Source of the DNA: the human T2T-CHM13v2.0 reference genome, Homo sapiens
DNA length: 64,000 bases
Reading direction: 5' to 3' (one strand)
NCBI RefSeq assembly: GCF_009914755.1
Contig: NC_060937.1
Shown here: piece after piece, positions 12,058-27,031 of the stretch
Layout of the letters: each line of letters opens with the position of its first letter
Position numbering within the stretch: position 1 is the first letter of the stretch
The notes under the pieces: generated by a model
Database searches by the model: none
Seen by the model: only the letters and a program-made list of their open reading frames with translations
Told to the model about the DNA's origin: nothing
Position numbers and translations under genes: made by a program

Positions 12058-12437
12058 CGATATGGTCTGGCTCTGTATCCCCATCCAAATCTCATCTCAA
12101 ATTTTAATACCCGTGTGTCAAGGGAGGGACCTGTAATCCCCACGTGTCAAGGGAGGGAGGTGATTGGGTCATGGGGACAGTTAACCCCATGGTGTTCTCG
12201 TGATAGTGAGTGAGTTCTCACGAGATCTGATGGTTTTGTAAGGCAGTTTTCCCTGCTCTTGTTTACTCTCTCTCAGCAGCATCATGTAAGATGTGCCTGC
12301 TCCCCCTTCCGCCATGATTGTAAGTTTCCCGAGGCCTCCTCAGCCATGTGGAACTGTGAGTCAATTAAATCTCTTTTCCTTATGAATTACCCAGTCTTGG
12401 GTATGTCTTTATAGCAGTGTGAAAATAAATGAATACA
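12058..12437 (+). mobile_element. THE1D/C-like MaLR solo LTR
   Basis: (C)GATATGGTCTGGCT...GTGAGTGAGTTCTCACGAGATCTGATGG...AATACA; perfect 5-bp TSD CTGTC (12053-12057, 12438-12442). Confidence 0.93.
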
Positions 12438-12904
12438 CTGTCTATCTGTCTGTCTCTCTCTCTGTTATTTAAGATCAGAACAGGACTTACTGTATGACAG
12501 AAACACAGCTGAAGGGGTGTTAGAAAGTCCGGAGCTTATGAAGACGTTCCCTGACCTCTCCTTTTGTTAACTGGGGCTTCATTCCAGAGAATAAGAGCTT
12601 CTTTATGGGTTCAGACACTTCTGGCTGCAATTAGCCGATTGTTAATTTATGTCTGAGTGTTGGAGGCTTTAGTTAGATAAAATATTTAAAGGATTTAGTC
12701 TCAGTGAAAAGAACTTTAAGTAAGAATGGCTTTGAGGAAAAGAGAAAAGTTAGATTCCAGCTTTCCTTCTGGGTGCTGACTATGGTGAGTGGGGAAGTAG
12801 GTTATGAGATAATAAGAGCTTTATTGTCAATTTTTGCATTCTTTTAGAGGCCCCCACGACTTTAGATTTCCTTAATATCTTTCTCCCTTTATAGTTAATT
12901 TAAA

Positions 12905-13060
12905 AAAATATTGAGCACTTTATATGTGTCCACGCATTCTATTGCCCTGGAGCAAACTCTAGTGATCAGCACGTCCATAATCCTTGCTCTTATGGAACTC
13001 ACAGTCTAGTGGGGAACTACACAAAAACACTGCAAAGTTGTAACCAATGTTTATGGTTTA
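12905..13060 (-). mobile_element. L2 3' fragment
   Basis: TATTGAGCACTTTATATGTG...CTTGCTCTTATGGAACTCACAGTCTAGTGGGG. Confidence 0.7.
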
Positions 13061-13252
13061 TGGTGTTATGAGCGTTGAGGTTGTTAGGGAAGACTGTTTT
13101 TGTGTGATGCATTCATCAGTGTTGGGGTTGCTATAGCCCATTTTTTTGTGGCTATCAGCTTTAGGTACTTTTATTAGGTCTTAAAAAGAATATTCTAGTA
13201 ATTAATCATATAGATTGTAGATGGGTTGCTGGATTGCATTGATTTTTAAACA

Positions 13253-13362
13253 GATATATATACACACACACATACATGGAAGCACACATACATATAAGTA
13301 TATATATCTGTGTGTATGTTACATGTGTATATATATATGTATACACATATATATGGGTGTGT
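13253..13362. repeat. Degenerate (TA/CA/TG)n microsatellite
   Basis: Alternating purine-pyrimidine run seen directly. Confidence 0.8.
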
Positions 13363-13732
13363 GATTACATAAGCAATGTAAAGTGATTGTAGAGAATTTG
13401 GAATATCATAAAACTACAAAAAAATTAAACTTACCCGGAAATAATTAATGTCTATCTACATACCTATCTCTAGTCTTTTTTTCTAGACATACATAGATTT
13501 AAAAATATAATTTGGATCATATTGCAAAGATGAGTTTGCATTTTCATTGAATCACGACCATTTCTCTTGTCATAAAATAATCTTTAAAGGAAATTTTTTT
13601 ACTTCATTATACTCTATATTTCTATCAGAATTTATGTAATTATTCCTTTATTGAACACTAGTAATGTGTCCCATTTGCTACTATAAATAATGCTGTGAAG
13701 TGCAAGTTTCTATAGTTTATGACAATTTTCTT

Positions 13733-14813
<1,081 letters not shown>

Positions 14814-15067
14814 TTATGACAATTTTCTTAGGCTAGATTTTGAGAAGAAAAATAACAGGGTCAAAGGGAGTGAAATTTTAAGGCTTGTGATATGTATTGC
14901 AAAATTGCTTTCCAAATAGGTAATATAAATCTAGCTCCCATTAGCAAAGTACGAGAGTGATTATTTTATTGGTTACCCTGTCATTGCTGAATATGATTAT
15001 TGTTAATTAGATGGTTGAAAAATATTATCTTCTTTTTATTTCTATTCTGGTCTACTAGTGGAATTAA

Positions 15068-15199
<132 letters not shown>

Positions 15200-15639
15200 A
15201 ATTAAATTCTTTTTTATACAGTTATTAGTAATTAGTACTTTTTTAATGAATCTCAGTTTATGTTCTTTGCTCGTTTCTTTATTATGGTTTTTAGTACTTG
15301 TTTCATAAAAACTTTTTATTTATTAAGGATGCCAATAATTTGTCATATGCAAAGTTTTCCGAGTTATTTAACAGAAGTTTCTAATTTGTATGTAATTAGA
15401 TCTACTTGTCTTTTCTTTTTGATTTCTAGCTTTTATATGCTCAGAAAGTCCCTATCCTATTAATCAGATATTTTGTCTATGTGTTTGAAAGCTAGATGAA
15501 TTTTTAATATGGTGCCCATAAGATACTTCAGCAACCTGGTGCAGTGCCTAATAAATACGGCACTTGGGGACATGATGTGTGGTTACTAGAAGTTTGCCTA
15601 ATAGTTAGATCTCAATAGTCATTGGTCACTGGGATGAAT

Positions 15640-16420
<781 letters not shown>

Positions 16421-16445
16421 CACTTCCCCTTGATCCTCAAAGGAG

Positions 16446-16945
<500 letters not shown>

Positions 16946-18061
16946 TGTTCTTGTAGTTTTAGACACCAGCTTAGTGTTTCGAAACTGTAAAATAGCCTGA
17001 GAAATCTTGTGAAAATAGGAACTTGCACTTTTCTAGGATTTTTGTTTCCTGTTTTTATAAAATTTGAGCTAGTGAGGACTAGATATCAGGATGAGCCCCT
17101 GCCTGCCTCTTGGCCAGCTTTGTAGAGGGGTTTCTGATGCCCAGAGGAGAGGCAGTTTGAGTAAGGGCAGCCGACAGCAAGCATGGAGCTCGCACACAGC
17201 TCTCTCGCCTTCCAGGCGTGGCTCAGTGGCACCATCCTTGTGGCCTCCTGTCTTGTGACCATGAGCAGACACGCTCGAATATGATGGCCATGTAGCCAAC
17301 TAACTACAGCTGTTGGAAGCTCAAACCCGTGGTTCAAATCCATTGGCAATTTTGGTAAAATCTAGGGTTTGGCTCATTCAGTCTAACAATGCTCACCCGA
17401 CTGTGTGGCCAGTAATTTACCAAAAACAGTATAGCTTGTTGCCGTTTTCATCTTTAGTGGAGGCAGAAAAATGGAAGGATATAGAAAGAGAAATGTCTCG
17501 CCTTTCAGAAGCTCCTTGCTCTTTGGTATTTAGTTTGCTATTTTCTGTCATTTTTGTTTTGAGTCATTAGAGTTGGGTTTCTATTCTGCTGTCTGCCTTG
17601 CAATGTTATCTAAGGAATCTATAAGCAGCTTAACCCTGTCAACGGAAGATTGTACTAAAACAGCCTGTTCAGGAAGCCCTGGAATTCCACGCTTCAAGCC
17701 ATTAGCTGTGTCTTGCTTACATGAAGCTTATCACGCCACCCTCAGAAAATTTCCATCTTATCATGGGCGGCATTGTAAATAATGGAAAAAACTGTCTGAA
17801 ACTGTTTGAATGTTTTCTTAGATTATTTGGAAATTTCCAGCTTTGTGCACTAGACAGAAGACCTTTGACCTCTGGGATGACAGCATAAAGGCGAGGTATG
17901 CCTTCTCTTACTTAGCCAGGGAGGGCCCATAATGACTGTGCAGACACTTTCTATTATTTTTGTCATGAAGTCTCTGAATTTAGTCACCGAGCCTATGGGA
18001 AACAAATTCGCTTTAGGAAAAAAAGCTTAGCAAGAAGAATTCATTCCTCAAGTGTAACACC

Positions 18062-18364
18062 TTTTTTTTTTTGAGATGGAGTTTCGCTCTTATTGTCTAG
18101 GCTGGAGGGCTGGAGTGCAAATGGAATGACCTTTGCTCACTGCATCCTTGCCTCCCAGGTTCAAGCAATTCTCCTTCCTCAGCCTGTGGAGTAGCTGGGA
18201 TTACAGGCACCCACCACCACGCCCAGCTAATTTTTTGGTATTTTTAGCAGAGATGGGGTTTTACCATGTTGGCTAGGCTGGTCTCAAACTCCTGACCTCA
18301 AGTGATCCGCCTGCCTTGGCCTCCCAAAGTGCTGGGATTACAGGTGTGAGCCACCGCGCCCAGC
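18062..18364 (-). mobile_element. AluSq/Sx-like
   Basis: Dimeric Alu; TSD AAGTGTAACAC on both sides. Confidence 0.96.
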
Positions 18365-18867
18365 AAGTGTAACACTTTTAAAGGTCTTTTATTTATCTGC
18401 CTATAATCTTAAGAGTGAGTTTTTAATTAAATTTTGTCACTGAAAATTTATTATTCCTTTAGGAAGCAATTTTGTGGGGGGTGCTTAGGTTAATATGTAA
18501 TTATATACTTAAAATTCTTCTAGGTTCATTTAAAGATAAAGTAATATATCAGTTATTACAAGATGCCAAAGGCTAAAACATGCAATTTTCTCAGTCCAGC
18601 TCACTTTTTGTTTCCAAAGCCCTTTGCGTGCATTAACAATCTTTACACATTATGAAGTCACTGTCGCCATTTAGCCCACCTTTGCATCATGGGCTAAAAT
18701 GGATGCAAAGGGTTGGTTAACTCAAAGCCATGTACTTTATTCCACCTAAATTTTGTTCATTCTGTTATTCAACCTGAAATATCCTTTCCCCTCAATTTCT
18801 GCCCGTGAAAATTGTATTTGTCTCTTAAGATTCAGATCAAATATTACCTTTCCTTACCTCCTAGGGT

Positions 18868-19640
18868 AGATTTCTAAAGAAAAGGATCTGTGAACATTTA
18901 GGAAAGCAAGCAGTGGTCACCAGGAATTTGTGTGGATTGCTGATAAAGAAGTCATTCTGCACTAACTTCATCTCTTCTTTGGCATTATGGCTCATCTGAT
19001 AAATAAATGCAATAGACATATCTTTGGATTTCAGTAAGTCTTTGATAGAGTCTCTCTTGATAGGCTTTTGGTCTATCAATAGTACAATTAGGGGGATTAG
19101 TAACTGGTTAAATGGCTAAAGCCACAAATGACTGAATAATGGCTTTTGGCCTGTGAAATATTTCCCGTGAAATGCTGGCATGCATTTGTCCTTGGCCTTG
19201 TCTTAGAGAAAAAAATTATTAATGATGAATCAGTCAGAATAGATGTAGATAATGTTGTAGTATTGAAGACCCCCCACCCCATCCCCACTGCCAGTTTAGT
19301 GGTTTAAAACAATAAATATTGATTTCTCTCACACTACTTGTTCATCTTGAGATGATGGGGGCTGGATGGGTGGGGTCTTTGCTTTGGGTTATTATTGCAG
19401 TCATTATTTGGAACATCGTTGGCTGCCAAGGCCGTGTGAAAAGAGATGGTGAGGAAGCCCATATGGATGCACAACCATACACACCTCAAGTGAATGGGTG
19501 TGCAAGGCGGCAGTGTGCCTGCAAGGAGAGAAATGCCATGTTTGTGAAAAGCCCTAATGACCACCACACCCATTGGGATGGAAACAAGGTGTTGGTGGAT
19601 GACACAAAATTAGGTGTATAGTGAATAGGATTTTCCCTCA
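18868..19640 (+). mobile_element. L3/CR1 LINE reverse-transcriptase fragment, split by an LTR
   Basis: Translates to KRICEHL..VVTRN..G..KKS..TNFIS, then DISLDFSKS, then after the insertion VDDTKLG (CR1 RT motifs LDFSKAFD and FADDTKLG). Confidence 0.82.
19255..19568 (-). mobile_element. Ancient LTR (LTR33/MLT1-like) inserted in L3
   Basis: AGTGGTTTAAAACAATAAA start and GTGAAAAGCCCTAATGACCACCACA terminus; interrupts the CR1 RT. Confidence 0.5.
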
Positions 19641-19674
19641 GAGGACCTGATAGGAGGTTCTGAACTTTTTCAGT

Positions 19675-19770
19675 AATTATTTAGATGACTCTGGGCAGAT
19701 CACTTAACTTTCTTCAGTCTTGGTTTCCTTACCTATAGAATAAGACCATCAGTGATATTAATGTGTCTGG
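19675..19770 (+). mobile_element. MIR fragment
   Basis: GGGCAGATCACTTAAC...GTTTCCTTACCTATAGAA. Confidence 0.65.
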
Positions 19771-20477
19771 GTGATGGTGAGGTGCTGTCTGGCTGGTACT
19801 GGTGTCTCTGAGCTTGGAGTCAGGTTTCTCTATTGGTGCTTTATTCTTAGATGTATAAAAGTTGTTAATTGTAAAATTTTTATTATGAATGGTACCATTA
19901 TCAATTTTTAAAAATTGGCTTTTTAAAGTTGAATGTAATTTGTTTTGAATTGTATATTACATTTGTCTGATATATTTTTGCCAAACTTAAAAAACAATGT
20001 GTCAAATCTCTTATAGATAGCTCATTGTTTTTTATTCAGTCTGAAAGCCTTTTTCTTTTTTAGTACAGCCATTTGATTCATTTATATTTATTCCCAGCAC
20101 TTTAAATTAATTTTTCTTTCAGGCATCTTAACTTACACTTTCGTGTCTATATTTCCCTTTTATTCTGATTTGTGCTGTATATACTACTTGCTTTGCATTT
20201 GCCTCTCTGTAAACATCCTGATTTTCAATCTACAAATATATACCTTAAATAAAGAAAACCCTAACTCATAAAGCTCATCTTTTTTGAAATATAAAAATCA
20301 AGAATAAAAATAAGCATTTATGACTCCAAATTTTGAACGCTGAGCTATGTGGGACTTTAAAAGTTTAATGTGTGATTATAAATGCCACATTTAATTTTTT
20401 AAAGTGGTCAATATGTATCTCTTTATAAAATATTTTTCTTTTTTTCTGTTAAGATTTGCAGTGATTATTCAGACCTA

Positions 20478-20558
20478 TTAAGCTGGTGCAAAAGTAATTG
20501 CGTTTTTTTGCTATTACTTTTAATGGCAAAAACCATGATTACTTTTGCACCAACTTAA
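20478..20558. mobile_element. MADE1 (Hsmar1-derived MITE)
   Basis: 81-bp near-palindrome TTAAGCTGGTGCAAAAGTAAT...ATTACTTTTGCACCAACTTAA with TA TSD. Confidence 0.95.
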
Positions 20559-20634
20559 TATATCTGTAATTTAACAGGTTTTAATGCTTCCTGATAATCC
20601 TTTTTAGTTACAACTTCTCTCTTCTTGAGTTCTT

Positions 20635-20922
20635 TTTTGTTTTATTTTGTTCTTGTTTTTTGGGACAAGGTCTCACTCTGTCATCCAGGCCGGAGCACAG
20701 TGGCGTGATCACAGCTTGCTGCAGCCTTGACATCCTTGGTTCAAGTGATCCTCCCACCTCACCCTCCCCAGGAACCATGCCTGGCCAAGTTTTTATGTTT
20801 TTTGTAAAGACTGGGTTTCATCGTTTTCCCCAGGCTGGTCTCGAACTTCTGGGCCCAAGTGATCCACCAGCCTCGGCCTCCCAAAGTGCTGAGATTACAG
20901 TCATAAGCCAATGCACTTGGCC
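20635..20922 (-). mobile_element. AluJ with small internal deletion
   Basis: Alu sequence; TSD TCTTCTTG(A/G)GTTCTT (20620-20634, 20923-20937). Confidence 0.93.
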
Positions 20923-21235
20923 TCTTCTTGGGTTCTTAATTGCATTTCATTTCTGTGTACTAGGGACTGTGTACTGCAGGAACTTTATTCAGAAAGATAT
21001 TAGGAGATTTTCTGAGCCTCTGCATCTGAGGATGCCTTTCTGCTGTCTTTCTACAAGAAGATCAATGACTATATATGAATTCTTGGGTCATACTTTTTTT
21101 CACTTAAATTCCGGAAATGCTGCTCCATTGCTTTAGTGTCTAGTGCCTTGTATGAAGTTGGCATGCTTTGCCAAGCTTATTTAAAATTAGAGTTGCCGAG
21201 GATAAGTCTAAAGTTGACTTTTGATCCTTTGTAGG

Positions 21236-21763
21236 AAAAGCGGCCACCTCCCATTCTCTAGGCCTAACCAGTCTCTGGGGCCCCTGGCATTTGTCCTGCC
21301 CCAGGTGCTGCTGTGACGACCAGCTTTGTGTGGCCTCCAGTGGACTTCATATGGACATAGCCGACCATGCCTTGCCTTGTCAGTCCCACATCCCTCACCT
21401 TCGGACCTGGGCTTCCCTGTTGATACAGAGGCACTGGATATCTTGAGACTTGCTCACCATGACGTATGTGCACCCAGAAATGCATGGAAGTTTACATCAC
21501 CAGGGGCACATTTTTGGCCAACACGAGGTGGGGAGGTAGTGGGTAAAATGTTTTCCCTTCCTTCTCAGGACAGAATTGCCATGGCTCAAAAGGCCCCGTG
21601 AAATTTTGAGAAATCTGTTATGCTTGATACTAAGGATACCTTGGATATTTGCTCTTCCTTGCTCCCAACTTCTGTTTCCCTGGGGTTGTTTTACACCCAC
21701 CAAAACAATAGCACCTAAACCTTTGCCTCAGGCTTTGTCTTTACAGAAACCCAGGCTAAAACA
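21236..21763 (+). mobile_element. LTR16-family ERVL solo LTR
   Basis: 3' terminus AAACCTTTGCCTCAGGCTTTGTCTTTACAGAAACCCAGGCTAAAACA; interrupts an old L1. Confidence 0.6.
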
Positions 21764-23929
21764 ACAGGTAACAAAAACAGGTGGTTTTTGCTTGAATACT
21801 TCTAGAATTTTTTCTTTGTTTTTGGAATTTAGAAAATTTACTAAAACAAACTAGATATAAACTTCAAAACTGCTGCCTGGATCATTGTGAGAACTCTCTA
21901 CATCCAGACTTGGATTAAAAAAAAAAATCAGGATAGTTTTTTCTAGTATTTTATCTATTCGTACTGTTTTATTGTTTATTTTTAGAAATGCTTATTTTGG
22001 TTAAATCCTTACTCAAATATATATAGACATTTGAATAGTTCTGCTTTTACCATGGCTTCTCCTTTTGTTCACAGATTATGTGCTTTTGTATTTTATTAGC
22101 AACATGAAGAATGTGTTACAATTGTTTTCTTCTTTGTGCTTGCAATGTGTGTGCTTTAGAAGGCAATGAGTCCCTCAGAGTCCTCTGGCCTTTCTTCTCA
22201 TCTCTGTGCTTGGGAATGTTTCCACATGCCCAGGTTTATTCTCCTTTACTTATCCATGTGAAGAGAGGTCTGTGAAGTCCCAATTTTTAAGAACAGATAA
22301 GACACAGGAATTGCTCAGTGGGGCACAGTCTGACTTTGGTAAGGTACAAAGGGTGCTGTCTGGGGCTCAAAAAAGGACTGAAAAGGACGCATGGAGGGTG
22401 CTGAGTTGGCAACCTGGAAGAGGGGGTGGTGCTGGAAGAAGTGGCTGCAGCTGTGGGACCTCATTTCATGGAAGCTGCTCTTGAGCCCCTGCGGCCCAGA
22501 TACCTGGGAGAAACAGGGTCCTGGGAGAAAAGGCTTACTCTTATGCCTTCGATCAACAAACAACAGTTTCCTGGACCACGAGCAAACTGGACCAGCTGGG
22601 AGCAGGTAGAGACAGATGTATGGGTAGAGGGAAGTCAATATACCTGTAGTTTCCTGCAGAAACAGAACAGTCTTAGGGCAGTGCAGGATGGAAAGACACA
22701 CTCCAGAGCCTGAGGCACCAAAGCGGAACAAGCATAGGGGCTGGCTGCCTGCCGTAGATCCGGGGGGATTATTTAATGTTGTATTGGAATCGAGAGTGCT
22801 GTAATTTCTAAGACTTTATGTTATTGCATGGACAATTTTTCTCATTTTATGATATTTCCTTTGTTCATGTAGGTGATTTTGGTGGGGTGGTTTTTAGAAT
22901 GTTCTCTTGTTTGTTAGCTAGAAGCCCAAGGGCATTTCTTTGTCCCCAAGGACAATGCTCCAATCCAAAGGATTTGCATTTAGGAATTTCAGGCACCAGT
23001 TGGCAAACAGGGGAATCTGTGAGCTCTCCTGCCCGAATTCAGGATGGACCTAAGACATTTTAGAATCCAGCCTTAGGTGAGACCACTAGGTGAGTTTCTG
23101 AGAAATGATCCCGGCAGCCGACCAACTCAGTCTCTGCAGCCTTGTAACACATTTGCTAGATTCAAGCACTCTAGTGAAACACAAATGCACATTATGTAGC
23201 AAACAGAATTGGGATAGGTTACGCAGAGCTAAGGCATTAAACATCCCCCTTCCCTCCCCGACTCCGCAACGATTCTAATAGCCAGGCACAAGCAGCGTCA
23301 GGATCTACGAGTAGCAGCTGCAGCGTTTAAAGAAACATCAGCTTCTGCACGTGCGTTCGTGGCGGGCCTGTCAGTGTGCTTTTCAGCCACACCTGCTTGC
23401 CCAGATGGTGGCCTCTGTGAGCGGCCTCAGCTCCTTGAGGAAGGACAGTCCCGGATTGTTTCACAGAGATTTACTGATGGGAAAATAACCACCCATCACC
23501 TCAGGGAACATTCTCACACATTTTCTTTATCATGCATTAAAAAAGTTACCAGTTTTTCTTTTTTTCCCCCGTAAGACACCAGAACTTCAAGTCTTTTGCA
23601 ATAAGCCTGGAACACAAACCCATTCATTGGTTCCAAAGTGGATTTGCACAGTCTCCACGAAAACTGCCAGGGGCTAGGTGGGGCCCTGGTGACCCAGGCC
23701 AGGCCACTGAACCAGAGCTGGCTCTGGGATTTGAAATGACGTCCACTCCTTGTGCTCTTTGGGCTAAATCTAAAAGGGTAGCTCAGCTGCCTGTGTTTTT
23801 TGACTCTGGGAAACTCTTTTCCCTCATGGCTTTCCCAGCACAGCCTTACCTCTGTTCCTACACAGTCTCCTTCATGCGTTCTTTTCTGGGCCCTGAAATG
23901 TTCCTGTCTTCAGAGCCACGTCCTTGGCC

Positions 23930-24480
23930 CTCACCCTTTCCCCCTCAGCACTTTTCTGGGGTCATCCAGATTCCTGACTTCCATACCCATGCTACTGCCT
24001 CCCTTTGGGACATCTCCTGGGTCTCCTACAGCCATCTCAAACTTCTGTTGTCCTCTGTTTTCTGCCTCAGTTACTAATTTCCATGTCTCCCAAAAGTTGA
24101 CCTCATGCCCCAGTCTCCTCCTGGGATTATGGGTCTTTCTTTGTTCTAGCCTTTTCTCCTCTCTCCTTGGTTTTTCACTGTTTGCAAAACTTTTCTGCCT
24201 TTTCATCTGGAAAAATCCTTGCTTAAAAACAGTCCTGCTCATAGGCTAAAACCTTTGTGGAACTTCACCCAACCCCTGCTTCCCATGCTGGAATTAATTG
24301 CTGCTTTTGTTGGTAAAATAAGCATGACCTAGAACCTGCCGGATGCCAAGGCACTAGGGACCCTCAGAGTCTGGTGTGGGGGATGGACCGTGGTTAGTTA
24401 GCATTTGAAGCAGTACAATAAAGATATGGCCTAAGAGCTGTGGGAATACAAAGGAGGGAGTCACTAATGCTCCATTTTAG
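23930..24480. mobile_element. Degraded L2 fragments (both orientations)
   Basis: GGACATCTCCTGG..CATCTCAAAC on plus; AAGAGCTGTGGGAATACAAAGGAGGGAG on minus. Confidence 0.5.
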
Positions 24481-25224
24481 AAATCCCCATGTAGGGGAAA
24501 ATTAAATCAGAGAGATGGGAGCAGCATGTGTCCCTAGGTGACATCTATGGTCCACTCCAAGCAGCCGTGTTTCAAATGCAGATCTGCACCTGGCAAGGCT
24601 TTCTTTTTGTTTACCTCACCTAGCCACCAATCCTCCCTTACTTCCAAACACATCTATCATCTATTATTTCCATCGTGAGGTGCCACAGAGCAAAGACAGT
24701 ATCATTTCTCCTTTTTCCTCTTTTGAGATCTCAGCATGAACTCATGGCTATAATATCCTTAACTCCTTCAACATGACATTATGATGTTAGCAAAAACTAT
24801 GCCTGAAAAATAAAAACAATCTTAAGTGGCACCCACTCATAATGAACTTCTGGGTTCTGCACCCTTTACAGACCTTCTGATCAGAGATTGTCCCTCTGCC
24901 CTGGGGTCCTTGCATTTCTTTCCTGTGGGCTTTGTTGTTTACCACATGCTGTTCTGATCATGCTATCTTTCATTTAAATAGAAAGATAGCATGATGATGA
25001 AATGAAAATGATCCTAGGGTTGCTGTGAGTGTAGGATACACCAGTACCTGATGCTCACAGTTTGACAGGTCAGATCAAACTGTTATTCCAGAGCTGAGGG
25101 GAGAGACCAGGCCTCCTCTGGGAACTGGGACAGTGAGGAGAAACAAGCATCTGGTCACAGCCCCATCCCATGGACTCTGTCAGGGTTTAGGAGCTAACTT
25201 GCAGGGTGAACCTGTGGACAGTGA

Positions 25225-25410
25225 ATTTTAGAGATAGAAGGGAGTTTGGCAATAGTCTAGTCTAACACTATTATTTTACAGATGGTGACATGGAAGCTCA
25301 GAGAGGTAAAGAGGTGTGTTTATTGTTCATGGAGGATTTGTGGCAGCCAGTGTGGAAGCCAGTGTGCCTGAGGCCCTCTCTGTTTAGTGGTGTCCATTCC
25401 ACACTACACT
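25225..25410 (-). mobile_element. MIR3/MIR
   Basis: AGTCTAGTCTAACAC..TTTTACAGATGG..GCTCAGAGAGGTAAAG. Confidence 0.65.
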
Positions 25411-25799
25411 GTCATCCCTGGAGCTCTGCTTGTTGTTGCTTGGAGCTATGAGCTTTGGTCATGAGTACAGCCCTATGGGGTAGATATATCCTAACTTATG
25501 GGTGAGGACACAGAGGTATAAAGAAAAAGAAGTTGCCTAAGATCACAGGGAATCCTTCTAAAACTGGACAGTCTCACCTACAAGATGGGAATAGAAATAC
25601 CAATTGATGGAATTATAAGAAATTATGGGTATAAAATTTGTCAGGATATCATGAGCTATTAATTCATATGTTTTTTTCTTCACATTTCCTTTCAGCTTGT
25701 GACATTCTTTTATTTAGATAGCTAGATTAGAGGGAATCAGAGAGAATTAAGCCAGGGACAAAAGAAGTCACATTCTTCCTTCTTAGTTTTAAAAGTCTT

Positions 25800-26273
25800 T
25801 TTTTATGGCTGCATATTCCATATGGAATGTGCATATAACAGTATTCCATGGTGTATATGTGCCACATTTTCTTAATCCAGTGTATCATTGGTGGACATTT
25901 GGGTTGGTTCCAAGTCTTTGCTATTGTGAATAGTGCTGCAGTAAACATACGTGTGCATGTGTCTTTATAGTAGCATGATTTGTAATCCTTTGGGTATATG
26001 CCCAGTAATGGGATCGCTGGGTCAAATGATGTGTTCTCATTCATAGGTGAGAATTGAACAATGAGAACACTTGGACACAGGGTGGGAAACATCACACATG
26101 GGGGCCTGTCATGGGGTGGGGGACAGGGGGAAGGATAGCATTAGGAGAAATACCTAATATAAATGACAAGTTAATGGGTGCAGCAAACCAACGTGGCATA
26201 TGTATACCTATGTAACAAACCTGCATGTTGTGCACATGTACCCTAAAATTTTAAGTATAATAATAATAATAAT
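25800..26273 (+). mobile_element. L1PA4/5-like 3' end with 5' inversion (twin priming)
   Basis: 25800-26028 is antisense ORF2 C-terminus, 26029-26273 is sense 3'UTR with (TAA)n tail; TSD AAAGTCTT (25792-25799, 26274-26281). Confidence 0.93.
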
Positions 26274-26727
26274 AAAGTCTTGGTCCTTGCTGTGGATATT
26301 AGCCTGTTTTCATCTCTCAAGAGTTCTGAGGCCCTTCCTATTTTGGGGATTCCTCCATCACATGAGTCTTGGTGGAAGGCAGGGTCCTATCTCCTACTTG
26401 AAAATATATGGGGCTGGATGTTCCATTTTTTCATAGAACAGATTTCCAGAACAGAGAAGTGACAAAGCCCTCTGGGTAAGGAAGATGGGGTAGAGAATTG
26501 AAGAGGATGGTGGCGGGATCTCAGAGAAGGCTGTGTGTCTTGCCCCTCCCTCTCATCCAGTGGAGTTGGCTGTAAAAGGGAATGATGTCAGAACATACTG
26601 AGAAGTCTGAGTTCAAGGCTAGAGGGGATGTGTGCAGTATTCTCCTCTGGAGCCCTGGGAGAAGGCTGCCTCCCATAGCATCCTCATGGAGCCAAAAGTG
26701 CTTACAAACACTATCTCAGTGATATTT

Positions 26728-27031
<304 letters not shown>

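Larger units (their letters stand above)
19850..22150 (-). mobile_element. Very old L1M fragments (ORF1/ORF2 junction region) hosting MADE1, AluJ and an LTR
   Basis: TTTTTATTCAGTCTGAAAG..ATTCATTTATATTTA; GAATTCTTGGGTCATAC..CTCCATTGCTT; TTTTTCTTTGTTTTTGGAATTTAGAAAATTTACTA. Confidence 0.55.

Noticed and set aside
22206-22731. Overlapping ORFs on both strands in a GC-richer patch
   Set aside because: No recognisable domain or convincing splice-site pair; expected from base composition
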